The notes under the pieces are model-generated. The model searched no databases. It was not told the origin of the DNA and saw only the letters and a list, made by a program, of their open reading frames with translations. DNA of 64,000 nucleotides from Isurus oxyrinchus. Lineage: Eukaryota. Positions 13,297-24,228 of the stretch are shown piece by piece; position 1 is the first letter of the stretch, and each line of letters starts with the position of its first letter. Made by a program: the position numbers and the translations under genes. Location: the NCBI GenBank assembly GCA_026770705.1, contig JANJGN010000014.1:68696001-68760000 (forward strand), read 5' to 3'.

Positions 13297-15413
13297 AAAA
13301 ACAAAAAAACTGCGGATGCTGGAAATCCAAAACAAAAACAGAATTACCTGGAAAAACTCAGCAGGTCTGGCAGCATCGGCGGAGAAGAAAAGAGTTGACG
13401 TTTCGAGTCCTCACGACCCTTCGACAGAACTTGAGTTCGAGTCCAAGAAAGAGTTGAAATATAAGCTGGTTTAAGGTGTGTGTGGGGGGGGCGGAGAGAG
13501 AGAGAGAGAGGTGGAGTGGGGGTGTGGTTGTAGGGACAAACAAGCAGTGATAGAAGCAGATCATCAAAAGATGTCAACAACAATAATACAAAAGAACACA
13601 TAGGTGTTAAAGTTAAAGTTGGTGGTATTATCTAAACGAATGTGCTAATTAAGAATGGATGGTAGGGCACTCAAGGTATAGCTCTAGTGGGGGTGGGGAG
13701 AGCATAAAAGATGTAAAAAAAATAAAATAAATATATTTTTTTTTCTTTTTCTCTTTTTATAATGGAAATAGGTGGGAAAAGGGAAAATCTATATAATTTA
13801 TTGGAAAAAAAAAAGAGAAAAGAAAGGGGGAAACAGAAAGGGGGTGGGGATGGGGGAGGGAGCTCACGACCTAAAGTTGTTGAATTCAATATTCAGTCCG
13901 GATGGCTGTAAAGTGCCTAGTCGGAAGATGAGGTGTTGTTCCTCCAGTTTGCGTTGGGCTTCACTGGAATAACGCAGCAAGCCAAGGACAGACATGTGGG
14001 CAAGAGAGCAGGGTGGAGTGTTAAAATGGCAAGCGACAGGGAGGTTTGGGTCATTCTTGCAGACAGACCGCAGGTGTTCTGCAAAGCGGTCGCCCAGTTT
14101 ATGTTTGGTCTCTCCAATGTAGAGGAGACCACATTGGGAGCAACGAATGCAGTAGACTAATTTGGGGGAAATGCAAGTGAAATGCTGCTTCACTTGAAAG
14201 GAGTGTTTGGGTCCTTGGACGGTGAGGAGAGAGGAAGTGAAGAGGCAGGTATTGCATCTTTTGCGTGGGCATGGGGTGGTGCCATAGGAGGGGGTTGAGG
14301 AGTAGGGGGTGATGGAGGAGTGGACCAGGGTGTCCCGGAGGGAGCGATCCCTACGGAATGCCGATAGGGGGGGGTGAAGGGAAGATGTGTTTGGTGGTGG
14401 CATCATGCTGGAGTTGGCAGAAATGGCGGAGGATGATCCTTTGAATGCGGAGGCTGGTGGGGTGATAAGTGAGGACAAGGGGGACCCTATCATGTTTTTG
14501 GGAGGGAGGAGAAGGCGTGAGGGCGGATGTGCGGGAGATGGGCCGGACACGGTTGAGGGCCCTGTCAACGACCGTGGGTGGAAAACCTCAGTTAAGGAAG
14601 AAGGAGGACATGTCAGAGGAACTGTTTTTGAAGGTAGCATCATCGGAACAGATGCGACGGAGGCGAAGGAACTGAGAGAATGGGATGGAGTCCTTACAGG
14701 AAGCGGGGTGTGAGGAGCTGTAGTCGAGATAGCTGTGGGAGTCGGTGGGTTTGTAATGGATATTGGTGGACAGTCTATCAGCAGAGATTGAGACAGAGAG
14801 GTCAAGGAAGGGAAGGGAAGTGTCAGAGATGGACCACGTGAAAATGATGGAGGGGTGGAGATTGGAAGCAAAATTAATAAATTTTTCCAAGTCCCGACGA
14901 GAGCATGAAGCGGCACCGAAGTAATCATCGATGTACCGGAGAAAGAGTTGTGGAAGGGGGCCGGAGTAGGACTGGAACAAGGAATGTTCCACATACCCCA
15001 TAAAGAGACAGGCATAGCTGGGGCCCATGCGGGTACCCATAGCCACACCTTTTATTTGGAGGAAGTGAGAGGAGTTGAAGGAGAAATTGTTCAGTGTGAG
15101 AACAAGTTCAGCCAGACGGAGGAGAGTAGTGGTGGATGGGGATTGTTCGGGCCTCTGTTCGAGGAAGAAGCTAAAGGTCCTCAGACCATCCTGGTGGGGG
15201 ATGGAGGTGTAGAGGGATTGGATGTCCATGGTGAAGAGGAAGCGATTGGGGCCAGAGAACTGGAAATTGTTGATGTGACGTAAGGTGAGAGAGGAATCAC
15301 GGATGTAGGTGGGAAGGGACTGGACAAGGGGAGAGAGAAGGGAGTCAAGATAACAAGAAATGAGTTCTGTGGGGCAGGAGCAAGCTGAGACGATCGGTCT
15401 ACCGGGGCAGTTC
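13297..15413 (-). mobile_element. Penelope-like retroelement (Neptune-like), 5'-truncated, RT + GIY-YIG endonuclease, pseudogenised
   Basis: RT motifs GRPIVS, MDIQSLYTSI, QIKGVAMGTRMGPSYA, RYIDD; Cys linker CPRKRCNTC; GIY-YIG LVYCIRCSQCGLLYIGET..RFAEH..EQHLIFRLGTLQPSGLN; TGA at 14588-14590 and frameshift near G-run ~14370. Confidence 0.93.
13393..13431 (-). ncRNA. Minimal hammerhead ribozyme motif (variant core) in PLE terminus
   Basis: Minus strand AGUU-CUGUCGA-A-GGGUC-GUGAG-GACUC-GAAAC-GUC-AACU: helix I AGUU/AACU, helix II GGGUC/GACUC, loopless helix III. Confidence 0.65.
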
Positions 15414-15983
15414 TATTTGTGGCTTACAGAGTCTCTGTTTCAACTGGAGATCGGCTGGAACAAGCACCAGACATGCATGCCTTGGTGTGCTATAAATGTC
15501 CATATGTTCTTCAACTGGCCCTTAGGAATGGACTTTGAGTTGGGTAGTACCATGGTGTATAGTGATGCCATTTTTCTATACAGAATCAAATTATTCTTTT
15601 TCTTAATGGGAATGAGGAGATGTTTAAATAGTTGTCAAGTTAGTTGGGAATATTGTGGGTAAGATTCTTTGGGTAAGTTTAAGACTATTTTTATGAAATT
15701 TATTTTATCTTAGTTATGTATAAATATAATTTTGCAGGTATATAGTTGGGTAGATGAAGCAAATTTTGTATGGAACAGAATTGGCATTTTTGTGACTGAA
15801 CCAAATGACGCTGTAGAGGTGGGTGGCCTAGAAAATGATTGGTTCCTGGGATGTGGCTTTGGGATCTGATTGACCCACACCGGTTGAATTGAAAATGTTC
15901 TCAGGGATATAGCTGGCTGAAGAGATAGTGGCCTCAGATTCTGTGATTTGTTTGGTGGTAGTAGCTCCATGACACACAACAAT

Positions 15984-16386
15984 AACCAGAATTTTCCGGC
16001 CCCATTGGTGCAGGGTGACATTGCAGGCTTTTGGGGCCCTGTCTCCACTGAAGCAGTCCTGGGCTGCAAGCATAGTGAACAATATGGTGAGACAGCCAAA
16101 AATTGGTTTCACACACATCATGATAGCAGTTTAAGATCATCCGTTCCACCCGTCAATGATGGGCTGTGTTTCCTGCCACCACATGTCAGAAACCTAATTT
16201 CAATACTTTAGCATCTCACTATAAGCCCTGCTCGCCAGCGAGATGGCATGTTTCCTGTGGCTGCATAATTAATGAGGTAGGAATGGGACGATATGGCACT
16301 AACACCCGCCATTCTAGCCGATGGGTGAAACTACTTTTTTCCCCACCCGCTACCACACTTTGTACAATTTTGGGACGATTCCACCC
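15984..16386. mobile_element. Possible decayed Harbinger-like MITE
   Basis: GC-richer island bounded by ..ccagaattttcc and gggacgattccaccc, resembling the other TIRs; no clear TSD. Confidence 0.3.
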
Positions 16387-16453
16387 CATGTCTTCATACA
16401 TATGGAAGATTTTTAATAATGAAGATTAAATTATATATTTTCTTCCTGAACAG

Positions 16454-16741
16454 TTCCCCCTGAAGCAGACCTTGATGCTGACTTAAGGAAGGTGCTTGTT
16501 CTGCGTGCTGGTGTCACAATGAGGATCTATGTGCCAGTGAGAGGCCGGCCTCCACCAAAGATTAGCTGGGCTAAAGCGGATGCCAACATACAGGATAGAC
16601 AAGGACTCGATATCAAAACTTCAGAATATGACACAATGTTATACTGTGAAAATGTGAATAGATATGATGCTGGAAAGTACATTTTAACTTTACAAAATAG
16701 CTGTGGAACAAAGGCATACACACTTAATGTAAAGGTTCTTG
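16454..16741 (+). CDS. ttn: ttn exon w14: Ig (start of C2)
   Basis: aacag| ... |gtaagt; [15 protein letters not shown]. Confidence 0.93.
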
Positions 16742-16862
16742 GTAAGTTATTAATTATTTCATTGTCATAAAAAGTAAAATTTTATTAATGTTGAGTGAGT
16801 TGATTATAAATATTTTATTCAGTGAAACAACCATTTACCTTTTTCTTTTGCTTTTTGATTAG

Positions 16863-17153
16863 ATACTCCTGGACCTCCAGTTAACCTAATAGTTAAAGAA
16901 ACATCTAAGGACTTTGCTGTTATATCATGGGATCCTCCTCTTGTGGATGGTGGCAGTCCGGTTAAAAATTACATCGTAGAGAAAAGAGATGCTGAAAGAA
17001 AGGCATGGTCAACTGTGGCAACTGAATGTCCCAAGACAAGTTTCAGAATTATTAATTTGGAAGAAAGTAAATATTACTATTTCAGAGTTCTAGCTGAAAA
17101 TGAGTATGGCATTGGTGAACCTTGTGAGACAAAAGATGCTGTGAAAGCTTCGG
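16863..17153 (+). CDS. ttn: ttn exon w15: Fn3
   Basis: attag| ... |gtaaga. Confidence 0.93.
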
Positions 17154-17255
17154 GTAAGAATTAAATGTACTGATTATTTTTCGTGATATAATACAGCACA
17201 AAAAACTGCATGTTGTAAATTTTTTCCGCTAAAATCAATCCATTATATTATGTAG

Positions 17256-17543
17256 AAGAACCTGGGCCTGTGGTAGACTTGAAGGCTGCAGCTGTGTCTA
17301 AGAAATCTTGCACTTTGACGTGGAAAAAACCAATCAGTGATGGTGGAAGCCGAATTACTGCTTATGTCGTTGAAATGATGGTCCAAGAGGACAAATGGAA
17401 AGAATTGATGAGAGCTAAGAACATGCAATTTGCAATGAGTGAACTGGAAGAAGGAAAAGAATACACTTTCAGAGTAAGAGCACAGAATGATGCTGGATAC
17501 AGCGTACCATGTGAAATTACACTTGTAGCAAAGGATCACGTTG
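17256..17543 (+). CDS. ttn: ttn exon w16: Fn3
   Basis: tgtag| ... |gtgagt. Confidence 0.92.
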
Positions 17544-17669
17544 GTGAGTAATTTTTCACAATATAAATAAGAAGCTCCTACTGGCATCTACAATTTATCT
17601 TGCAAAACTTGAAGTTCAAGTACAAGTGTGAATTGTTGAATGTAGAATAACTAATATTTGGTATTGTTA

Positions 17670-18595
17670 ACAAACCTAAGAAAACCTTTCTAACACATTA
17701 CCGTGCCCTCAGAAACCTAAAGTGCTTTACAGATATAAATTAATTTTAAAGTGTAATTACTGTATTAAGTAGTGGACAAATGTGGTAGCTGTTACAAATG
17801 AAACAAATAACCAAGACACCTTTTTTGTTGCAAAAGGAATGTTGTCCAGGGGCAGAATCTTCGAGTCGGCAAGCGGGGGTGGGTGTCCCGACGTCACCGT
17901 GTGTCATCCGATTTTCAGTTCAGTGGGCGCGCACTGGAGTCAGCTACACGCCCACCACACTGGCAAAGGCCTATTAAGGCTATTTAAATATCAATTAAAA
18001 TAATTAACGGAGCTGCCCGTCCAACCTTACGGTTGGCAGGCAGGCAAAGAGCCCAGGCAGCCTTCGCACTTCTCATGAAACCTCATCCACGGGCGGGATG
18101 AGGTTTCATGAAGGTTTTTAAACTTGAATAAAAAAAATTAAATTTTTTTTTCTCTTATTTAAATTTTTCAAAATCAAACTAATCTCCCTGAGGCAGCTCT
18201 GTGTCTCAGGGAGATTTCTCTGCTCTTCCACGCACATGCACGAAAGAGCGCAGGCCTCAACTCAGCCTCCTCCTCCCGCTCACACGGAGTGCACCACCCA
18301 TGCAAAATGGCGGTGCACAGCCGATCACGGGCTGCGATCGGCTGTGCACCTGCCCATTCCCACCCAACCCCCCAGATGGGGAGAAAATTCCTCCCCAGGA
18401 TTTCTTTTGCACACAATGTCATTGAAACTGTTACACCTGAACCACCAAAGTAGATTGATGGAACCTCAATTGAACATCTCAGCATTCCTAAATACTGCAT
18501 TCACTTGTCAGCCTAGATTATGTACACAAGGCCAATAAAAGGTTGAATCCATGAAGATGTGACTATGAGATGAGTGTGCTACTGTGGCACACTAA
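17670..18595 (-). mobile_element. Old Deu-domain SINE remnant interrupted by MITE 17850-18395
   Basis: aaagtgctttacag..aagtgtaattactgt..; gtcagcctagattatgt..caag..ttgaatcca..gagtgtgctac; resembles recalled SacSINE1/DeuSINE. Confidence 0.5.
17850..18395. mobile_element. Non-autonomous PIF/Harbinger-like DNA transposon (MITE family A, copy 2)
   Basis: TIR GGGCAGAATCTTC / GAAAATTCCTCCC; TSD CAG (17847-17849, 18396-18398); internally colinear with 5219-5863. Confidence 0.8.
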
Positions 18596-18667
18596 TACTT
18601 AATTCTATAAAACCACAACTTGTAAAATGGCATTTAACCATGTATTAATTCTATAAAGTCTATGCAT

Positions 18668-19268
18668 TTTTTAAAATTCATTTATGGGATGTGGACGGTC
18701 GCTGGCTAGGCCAGCATTTATTGCCCATCCCTAATTGCCCTTGAGAAGACAGTGGTGTGCAGCCTTCTTGAACCGCTACAGTCCATGTTGTGTAGGTACA
18801 CCCACAGTGCTGTTAGGGAGGGAGTTCCAGGATTTCGACCCAGTAACAGTGAAGGAACAGTGATATATAATCCGCCAGTGATTGCCGCTCCTCGGAAGTT
18901 TTGGCCCTATAATGTTTATAGACACTCCTCTGAAAGAGGAGTGCTTTCAGAAGGTGCTGTCTAAGGAGCCTTGGTGAGTTCCTGTAGTGTATCTTGTTGG
19001 CACACGCTGCTGCCACTATGTGTTGGTGGTGGAGGGAGTGAATGTTTGTGGATGGGGTGCCAATCAAGCAGGCTGCTTTGCCCTGGATGGTGTTAAGCTT
19101 CCTGAGTGTTGTTGGAGTTACACTCATCCAGGCAAGTGGAGAATATTCCATCACACTCCTGACTTGTGCCTTGTAAATGGTGGACAGGCTTTAAGGAGTC
19201 AGGAGGCAAGTTACTCACCACAGGATTCCTAGCCTCTGACCTGCTCTTGTAGTATTTATATGGCAGCT
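18668..19268 (-). mobile_element. 3' fragment of an L2/CR1-group LINE
   Basis: Minus ORF MEYSPLAWMS..LRKLNTIQGKAACLIG..SLHH.. (post-RT C-terminus); 3' tail ggcaattagggatgggcaataaatgctggcc..catcccataaatgaa. Confidence 0.8.
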
Positions 19269-19799
19269 GTGACAATTTGATCTGGAAGTAGGTGAGCTTT
19301 AAAAAACATACAATAAACTAATTGGCAATTAACAGGTTTAAACTAAAATTACATTAATCAGATAGGATATATTGAAATTAAAAGGTAACCTCACCACCAA
19401 TAGTCTAAACTATTAGGTCATGCCTGACTAATCTAGTTGACTGCTTTGAGAAGATCACTAACAAGGTGAACAGAGGAGTGTCTATAAACATTATAGGGCC
19501 AAAACTTCCGAGGAGTGGCAATCACTGGCGGATTGCCACCTGCTCCTATTTTTTTCCTTGCACTGGAGCTCCACATTTCTCACCTGGACTTCCAAACCAG
19601 GCCTTTTCAGAAATGCACAATGTACATGTTCTGGGAGTCCTCCTTTGTAGTGCAGGATCATCAGGGGAAGCCAAGCGACTGCCTCTTTTTAAGGCACTAC
19701 CTGCTGGTAAGTCTTCATTCATTCACTCACTAACACAGTGAAAATCTTTGGGACATTTAAATCACTGTTCAGTGTGTTAGTGAATAAGTGTGAGTGAGA

Positions 19800-19995
19800 T
19801 GAGCGGGTAGATGGCAAGGTGGTAGGGTGGCATGGTGCATAGGATGGGTAGAGTGCTAAGTGACAGGGTGGTACAGTGGGTAAGGCGACAGGGTGGATAG
19901 GGTGGCAGGATGGGTAGGGTGCTAAGTGGCAGGGTGGTACAATGGGTAGGGCCCTAGATGGGTTGGGTGTTAGGGTGGGTAGGATTGATAGGGTG
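19800..19995 (+). repeat. Degenerate G-rich minisatellite (GGGTAGGGTGGCAG-like)
   Basis: Repeated gggtag/gggtgg/cagggtgg units; resumes at 21061 after the nested CR1. Confidence 0.75.
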
Positions 19996-21057
19996 CATAT
20001 AAATATGCGAATTGGGAGCAGGAGTAGGCCACTTGGCCCTTCAGGCCTGTACCACCATTCAATAAGATCATGGCTGGTCTGATTGTAACCTCACATTCCT
20101 GCCTACCCCCAATAACCTTTCATCCCCTTGTTAATCAAGAATCTACCTAGTTCTGCCTTAAAAATATTCAAAGACCCTGCTTCCACTGCATTTTGAGGAA
20201 GAGTTCCAAAGACTCACGACCCACTGAGAGAAAAAAAAATTCTCCTCATCTCTGTCTTAAATAAGCAACACTTTAGTTTTAAACAGTGGTTCCTAATTCT
20301 AGATTCTCCCACATGAGGAAACATCCTCTCCACATTCACTCTGTCAAGACCCCTCAGGATCTTAATTCTTACTCTTACTCATCTAAAGTCCAGTGGGTGC
20401 AAGCTTAAGCTGTCCAACCTTTCTTCATAAGACAACCAGCCATTTCTGGTATTAGTCTAGTAAACCTTCTCTGAGCTACTTCCAATGCATTTACATCCTT
20501 CCTTAAATAAGAAGACCAATACTATACACAGTACTCCAGATGTGGTCTCACCAATGCCCTGTATAACTGAAGCATAACCTCCATACTTTTGTGATCAATT
20601 TACCTCACAATAAATGATAATATTCTATTAACCTTCCTAATTCCTTGCTGTACCTGCATACTAGCCTTTTGTGATTCATGCACTAGAAGACCCAGATCCC
20701 TCTGAATCTCAGAGCTCTTCAGTCTCTCACCATTTAAATAGTATGCTTTTTTATTTAATTCTTTCTGCCAAAATGGACAATTTCACGTTTGCCCATATTA
20801 TACTCCATTTCCCAGATCTTTGCCCTGTCACTTAACCTATCTATGTCTCTTTGTATGTCCTTATGCCCTCTTCGCAACTTACTTTCCTACCTATCTTTGT
20901 GTCATTAGCAAACTTTGCAACCACACCTTTGGTGCCTTCATCCAAGGCATTTATATAAATTGTAAAATGTTGAGCCCCAGCACTGGATCCCTGTGACACA
21001 CCATTGTTGCAACCTACCCCCCAGAAAAAGACCCATTTATGCCAACTGTTTCCTGCC
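19996..21057 (-). mobile_element. 5'-truncated CR1 LINE nested inside family B element
   Basis: Reverse CR1 tail ggagcaggagtaggcc..ccattcaataagatcatggctg; RT remnants on minus strand (GSSAGAQ, FANDTKIG, LVRPHLEY). Confidence 0.85.
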
Positions 21058-21060
21058 AGC

Positions 21061-21740
21061 TGGGTAGGGTGGCAGGGTGGATAGGATACCAGCTAGCAGC
21101 TAGATATGGTGGTAAGTTGATTAGGGTGGCAGCTGGCAGGGTGATATGGTGCCAGCTGTGTAGGGTAGGTAGCATGTCATGATAGTAGAGTGGCTAGGCT
21201 GGTGAGTCGGATCAGGTCGAATCAGGGGGAGTCAGAAGGTCGGGGTGAGGTCGGGTTAGGCCAAATCAGGGGGAGTCGGAGGATTAGGGGGTCAGTTGGA
21301 GGGTCAGAGGGGGACTCAGAAGGTCAAGGGGGAGTCAGAAGCTCAAGGAGTCAGCCAAAGGTTCAGGGGGAAGGCAGAGGGTCGGGGAAGTCAGAGGGTC
21401 GGGGAGAAATCGAAGGTTCGAGGAGTCAAAGGATCAGAGGTGAATTGAAGAGTTAGTATGAGTTGGACGTTTGGAGAGAGACAGGGTGGGGGAATATTGT
21501 AGGGTTGGGGGATGTGTCAGATAGTCGCAGGGAGTTGAATGGTTGGAGTGGGAAGTTGGATAGCTGGGGTGTTGGTGTCAGGATCGGGAGGGTGTCGGAG
21601 GGTCAGAGGGAATCGGATGGTCAGAGGATGTCGGGGATGATTCAGAATCTGGGCATATGGGAAGTTGGTGGATCAGGGGAGTTGGGAGATTGGGGATAGG
21701 TTGTTGGGGGGTGTTGGAAGATCAGAGGGGGTGGTAGTCG
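21061..21740 (+). repeat. G-rich low-complexity/minisatellite (GGGTAGGGTGGCA then GGGGAGTCAGA(A/G)GGTC-like)
   Basis: Direct inspection. Confidence 0.75.
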
Positions 21741-22094
21741 GATGAGTCAATGTGATTGATAATGCATAGTTACTCTGGAGTTAGAATTGTTTTTTTTTTG
21801 TCTAACGTTTTCTAGGTAAGTCAGAACCATCCAAAGTCTCCGACTCCGGAGAGTCCAGATGTAGGGGAATTGCCCATCAGAAGTCCAAACTTGCTGGGGG
21901 ATTTCCACATAGTCAGCACATTGGGACTTCCATGGGTCCCATTGTGCATATTGGGTAGCACATGTCAGGTAGAACCATCCGGAAAATTTTTGGGCCTATA
22001 TATGGATTTCCAGAAGGCATTTGATAATCTACATAAAAGATTATTAGCTAAATGAAATCTAATGTTTAGAAGGTTGACAGACAATTGAACTGAG

Positions 22095-22687
22095 GGCCTG
22101 AATTTTACCAGGCCCTGGGCGGCAAGCTGGTAAGCGGGTATCTGGTAAAATCATGGGGAGCTGTGTTAGATTGGCTCCCTGATACATTTCAATTATTGGG
22201 GCATTTTACCAACAATGGGATAGAAGTGGACAGTCTGCCCACCCCAATTTCCATAGTTAAAAGCCCAATTAGGGGTCATTTTACAACGCTATTAGCATTT
22301 TGCTGATGGTGGATTGATCCCCATCGCATGAGGAAGCCGACAGCCAAATGGGAGCAGCCTCCCAGGCAAAGCAAGCCTGGCAGGGAAAGCAGTTCCTGCA
22401 GTCAAAGCAATTTCCCCAGAGGGCTTTCCCTCTAGCTTTTGTCCTTTTCATAATGTAAAATTTTGGCTTCACCTACCTACCTTCAGCTACTTGCTGTCGG
22501 CCCCAGGTCCCAAGACTGCCTCACCAGAGACTGGTGATGCTGCTAAACTGTCGGCCCTCTGATTGAGCTCTTGGAGGCATGTTAACTCGTAAAATGCAGG
22601 GAAAGTTCCGCCAGATACCCGTGCATGCTAATGACACACATTTCTGCCCGACATCGGGGATTCCACGCTACCAGCAAAATTCTGGTC
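22095..22687. mobile_element. Decayed Harbinger-like MITE inserted in CR1
   Basis: Ends GGCCTGAATTTTAC / GCAAAATTCTGGTC; flanks GAG/AAG; CR1 sequence on both sides. Confidence 0.5.
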
Positions 22688-23356
22688 AAGATATTTAAAA
22701 TGATAAATGGATTGAGTACGGTAGATTGAGAAAAGTTAGTCTCTCTGGTGGAGGAATCCAGAACAAGGGGTCAGAATCTTAAAATTATTGCTCAGCCATT
22801 CCTGAGTGAAATTATGAAGCACTTCTTCACACAAAGGGTAGGAGAAGTATAGAATTCTTATCCCCCAAAAGGCTGTGGATGGTGGGGCAGTTGAAATTTT
22901 CAAAACAGATCAACATAGAGTTGAGGTACATACCAGCCAAGATCTCATCAAATTGCATAGCAGTGTCAAAAGGCTGAATGACCTATTCCTGTTCCTATTA
23001 TAAGATATATCTCATATTCCCATCTTCAATTATAACATTCCAAGTCTTAATAAATTGCATTTATCTTACATTAAAATTGGCATAAGCCAAAAGCACAATT
23101 TGTGCGGTGATTGTAATAGTTACTTCAATTACACAATGATCATTATAATAATTTCTTTGAAATTGCTTAGCAAGATATATCACCTATGGTAAATTATTTT
23201 AAGTCAATCCTTAAGTTAAACTGCATGCCTTCTCAAGGCCTCACACATTATAAGACATTGCAAGCTATTATTAAAACATCAGAATGCTTTCAAAGTATAC
23301 TTGTCAAAATTGAAATTTGAACTCATTAAACTAGATCACTCTCTTTGGCTCAACAG

Positions 23357-23944
23357 CACCACCGAATATTGACTTACGAGACATCCCTGACTTAACTTAC
23401 ATTGCCAAGGAGGGAAGTAGTATCCGGATAAAGATTCCAATCAGTGGCAAACCTGCACCAAAAGTAACATGGAAGAAAGGTGAAGACCTGCTTCAGGAAA
23501 GTGGAAGAATAACTGTGGAATCCACAGCAATTAATACAACTCTCGCAGTGCGAGATTGTCAAAAGAGTGATGCTGGAAAATACACAATCAACTTGAAGAA
23601 TGTTGCTGGCACTAAAGAAGCTACAATGTACATGAAAGTAGTTGGAAAGCCTGGAATACCAACTGGACCTTTCCGTTTCGATGAAATAACAACAGATGCA
23701 ATTACTTTAATCTGGGCTCCCCCTAAGGATGATGGTGGTGCAGAAATTACTAACTATATTTTAGAAAAGCGAGATAACATCACCAACAAATGGGTGACAA
23801 GTGCCTCTGCTGTACAAAAAACAACATTCAGAATTACAAGGCTTCATGAAGGAAATGAGTATGTGTTTAGAGTCAGTGCTGAGAATAAATATGGAGTGGG
23901 AGAAGGCCTGAGATCTGATCCTGTCATAGCCAGGCATCCATTCA
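23357..23944 (+). CDS. ttn: ttn exon w17: Ig-Fn3
   Basis: aacag| ... |gtaagc; ORF 23515..24069 extends upstream in frame. Confidence 0.92.
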
Positions 23945-24036
23945 GTAAGCATTTTTGCATTTTGCAACTAAACTTTAATTACAGTGCTGCATTCAATTTT
24001 AAACAGAATGTTATTTCTCTTTCTTCCTCCCCCAAG

Positions 24037-24141
24037 ATGTGCCTGATGCTCCTTTGCCACCAGATATAGTTGCAGTCAGGCATGATTCTGTCTCCCTGAC
24101 TTGGAAGGATCCAAGGAAAACTGGTGGTTCCCCAATCACAG
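24037..24141 (+). CDS. ttn: ttn exon w18: N-terminal part of an Fn3
   Basis: ccaag| ... |gtacaa; [34 protein letters not shown]. Confidence 0.88.
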
Positions 24142-24228
24142 GTACAAAGTTTAATTTCTCCCTTTTGACCTGTAATTAAACTTATATAACTATGCAGCAT
24201 TTATTTGAAACTCCTTTTTTTGCACCAG

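Larger units (their letters stand above)
19496..21996. mobile_element. TIR-bounded non-autonomous DNA element (family B) with G-rich internal repeats and nested CR1
   Basis: Ends GGGCCAAAACTTCCG / CGGAAAATTTTTGGGCC; splits CR1 RT motif ..NII|YMDFQKAFD; TA or ATA duplication (ambiguous); homologous to 58600-59412. Confidence 0.65.
19400..23000 (+). mobile_element. Fragmented CR1 LINE split by nested insertions (pieces ~19400-19495, 21997-22090, 22688-23000)
   Basis: SCLTNL..FE.IT before the insertion; YMDFQKAFD resumes at 21999; CR1 3' region ..cacttcttcacacaaagggt..ggctgaatgacctattcctgttcctat. Confidence 0.7.

Noticed and set aside
13864-15048. 394-aa minus ORF as a novel Pro/Ser-rich protein
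   Set aside because: The N-terminal part is the off-frame reading of the PLE RT; only the C-terminal GIY-YIG part is the real frame after a frameshift
21190-21699. Gly/Arg/Ser-rich ORFs
   Set aside because: Translation of a G-rich low-complexity repeat
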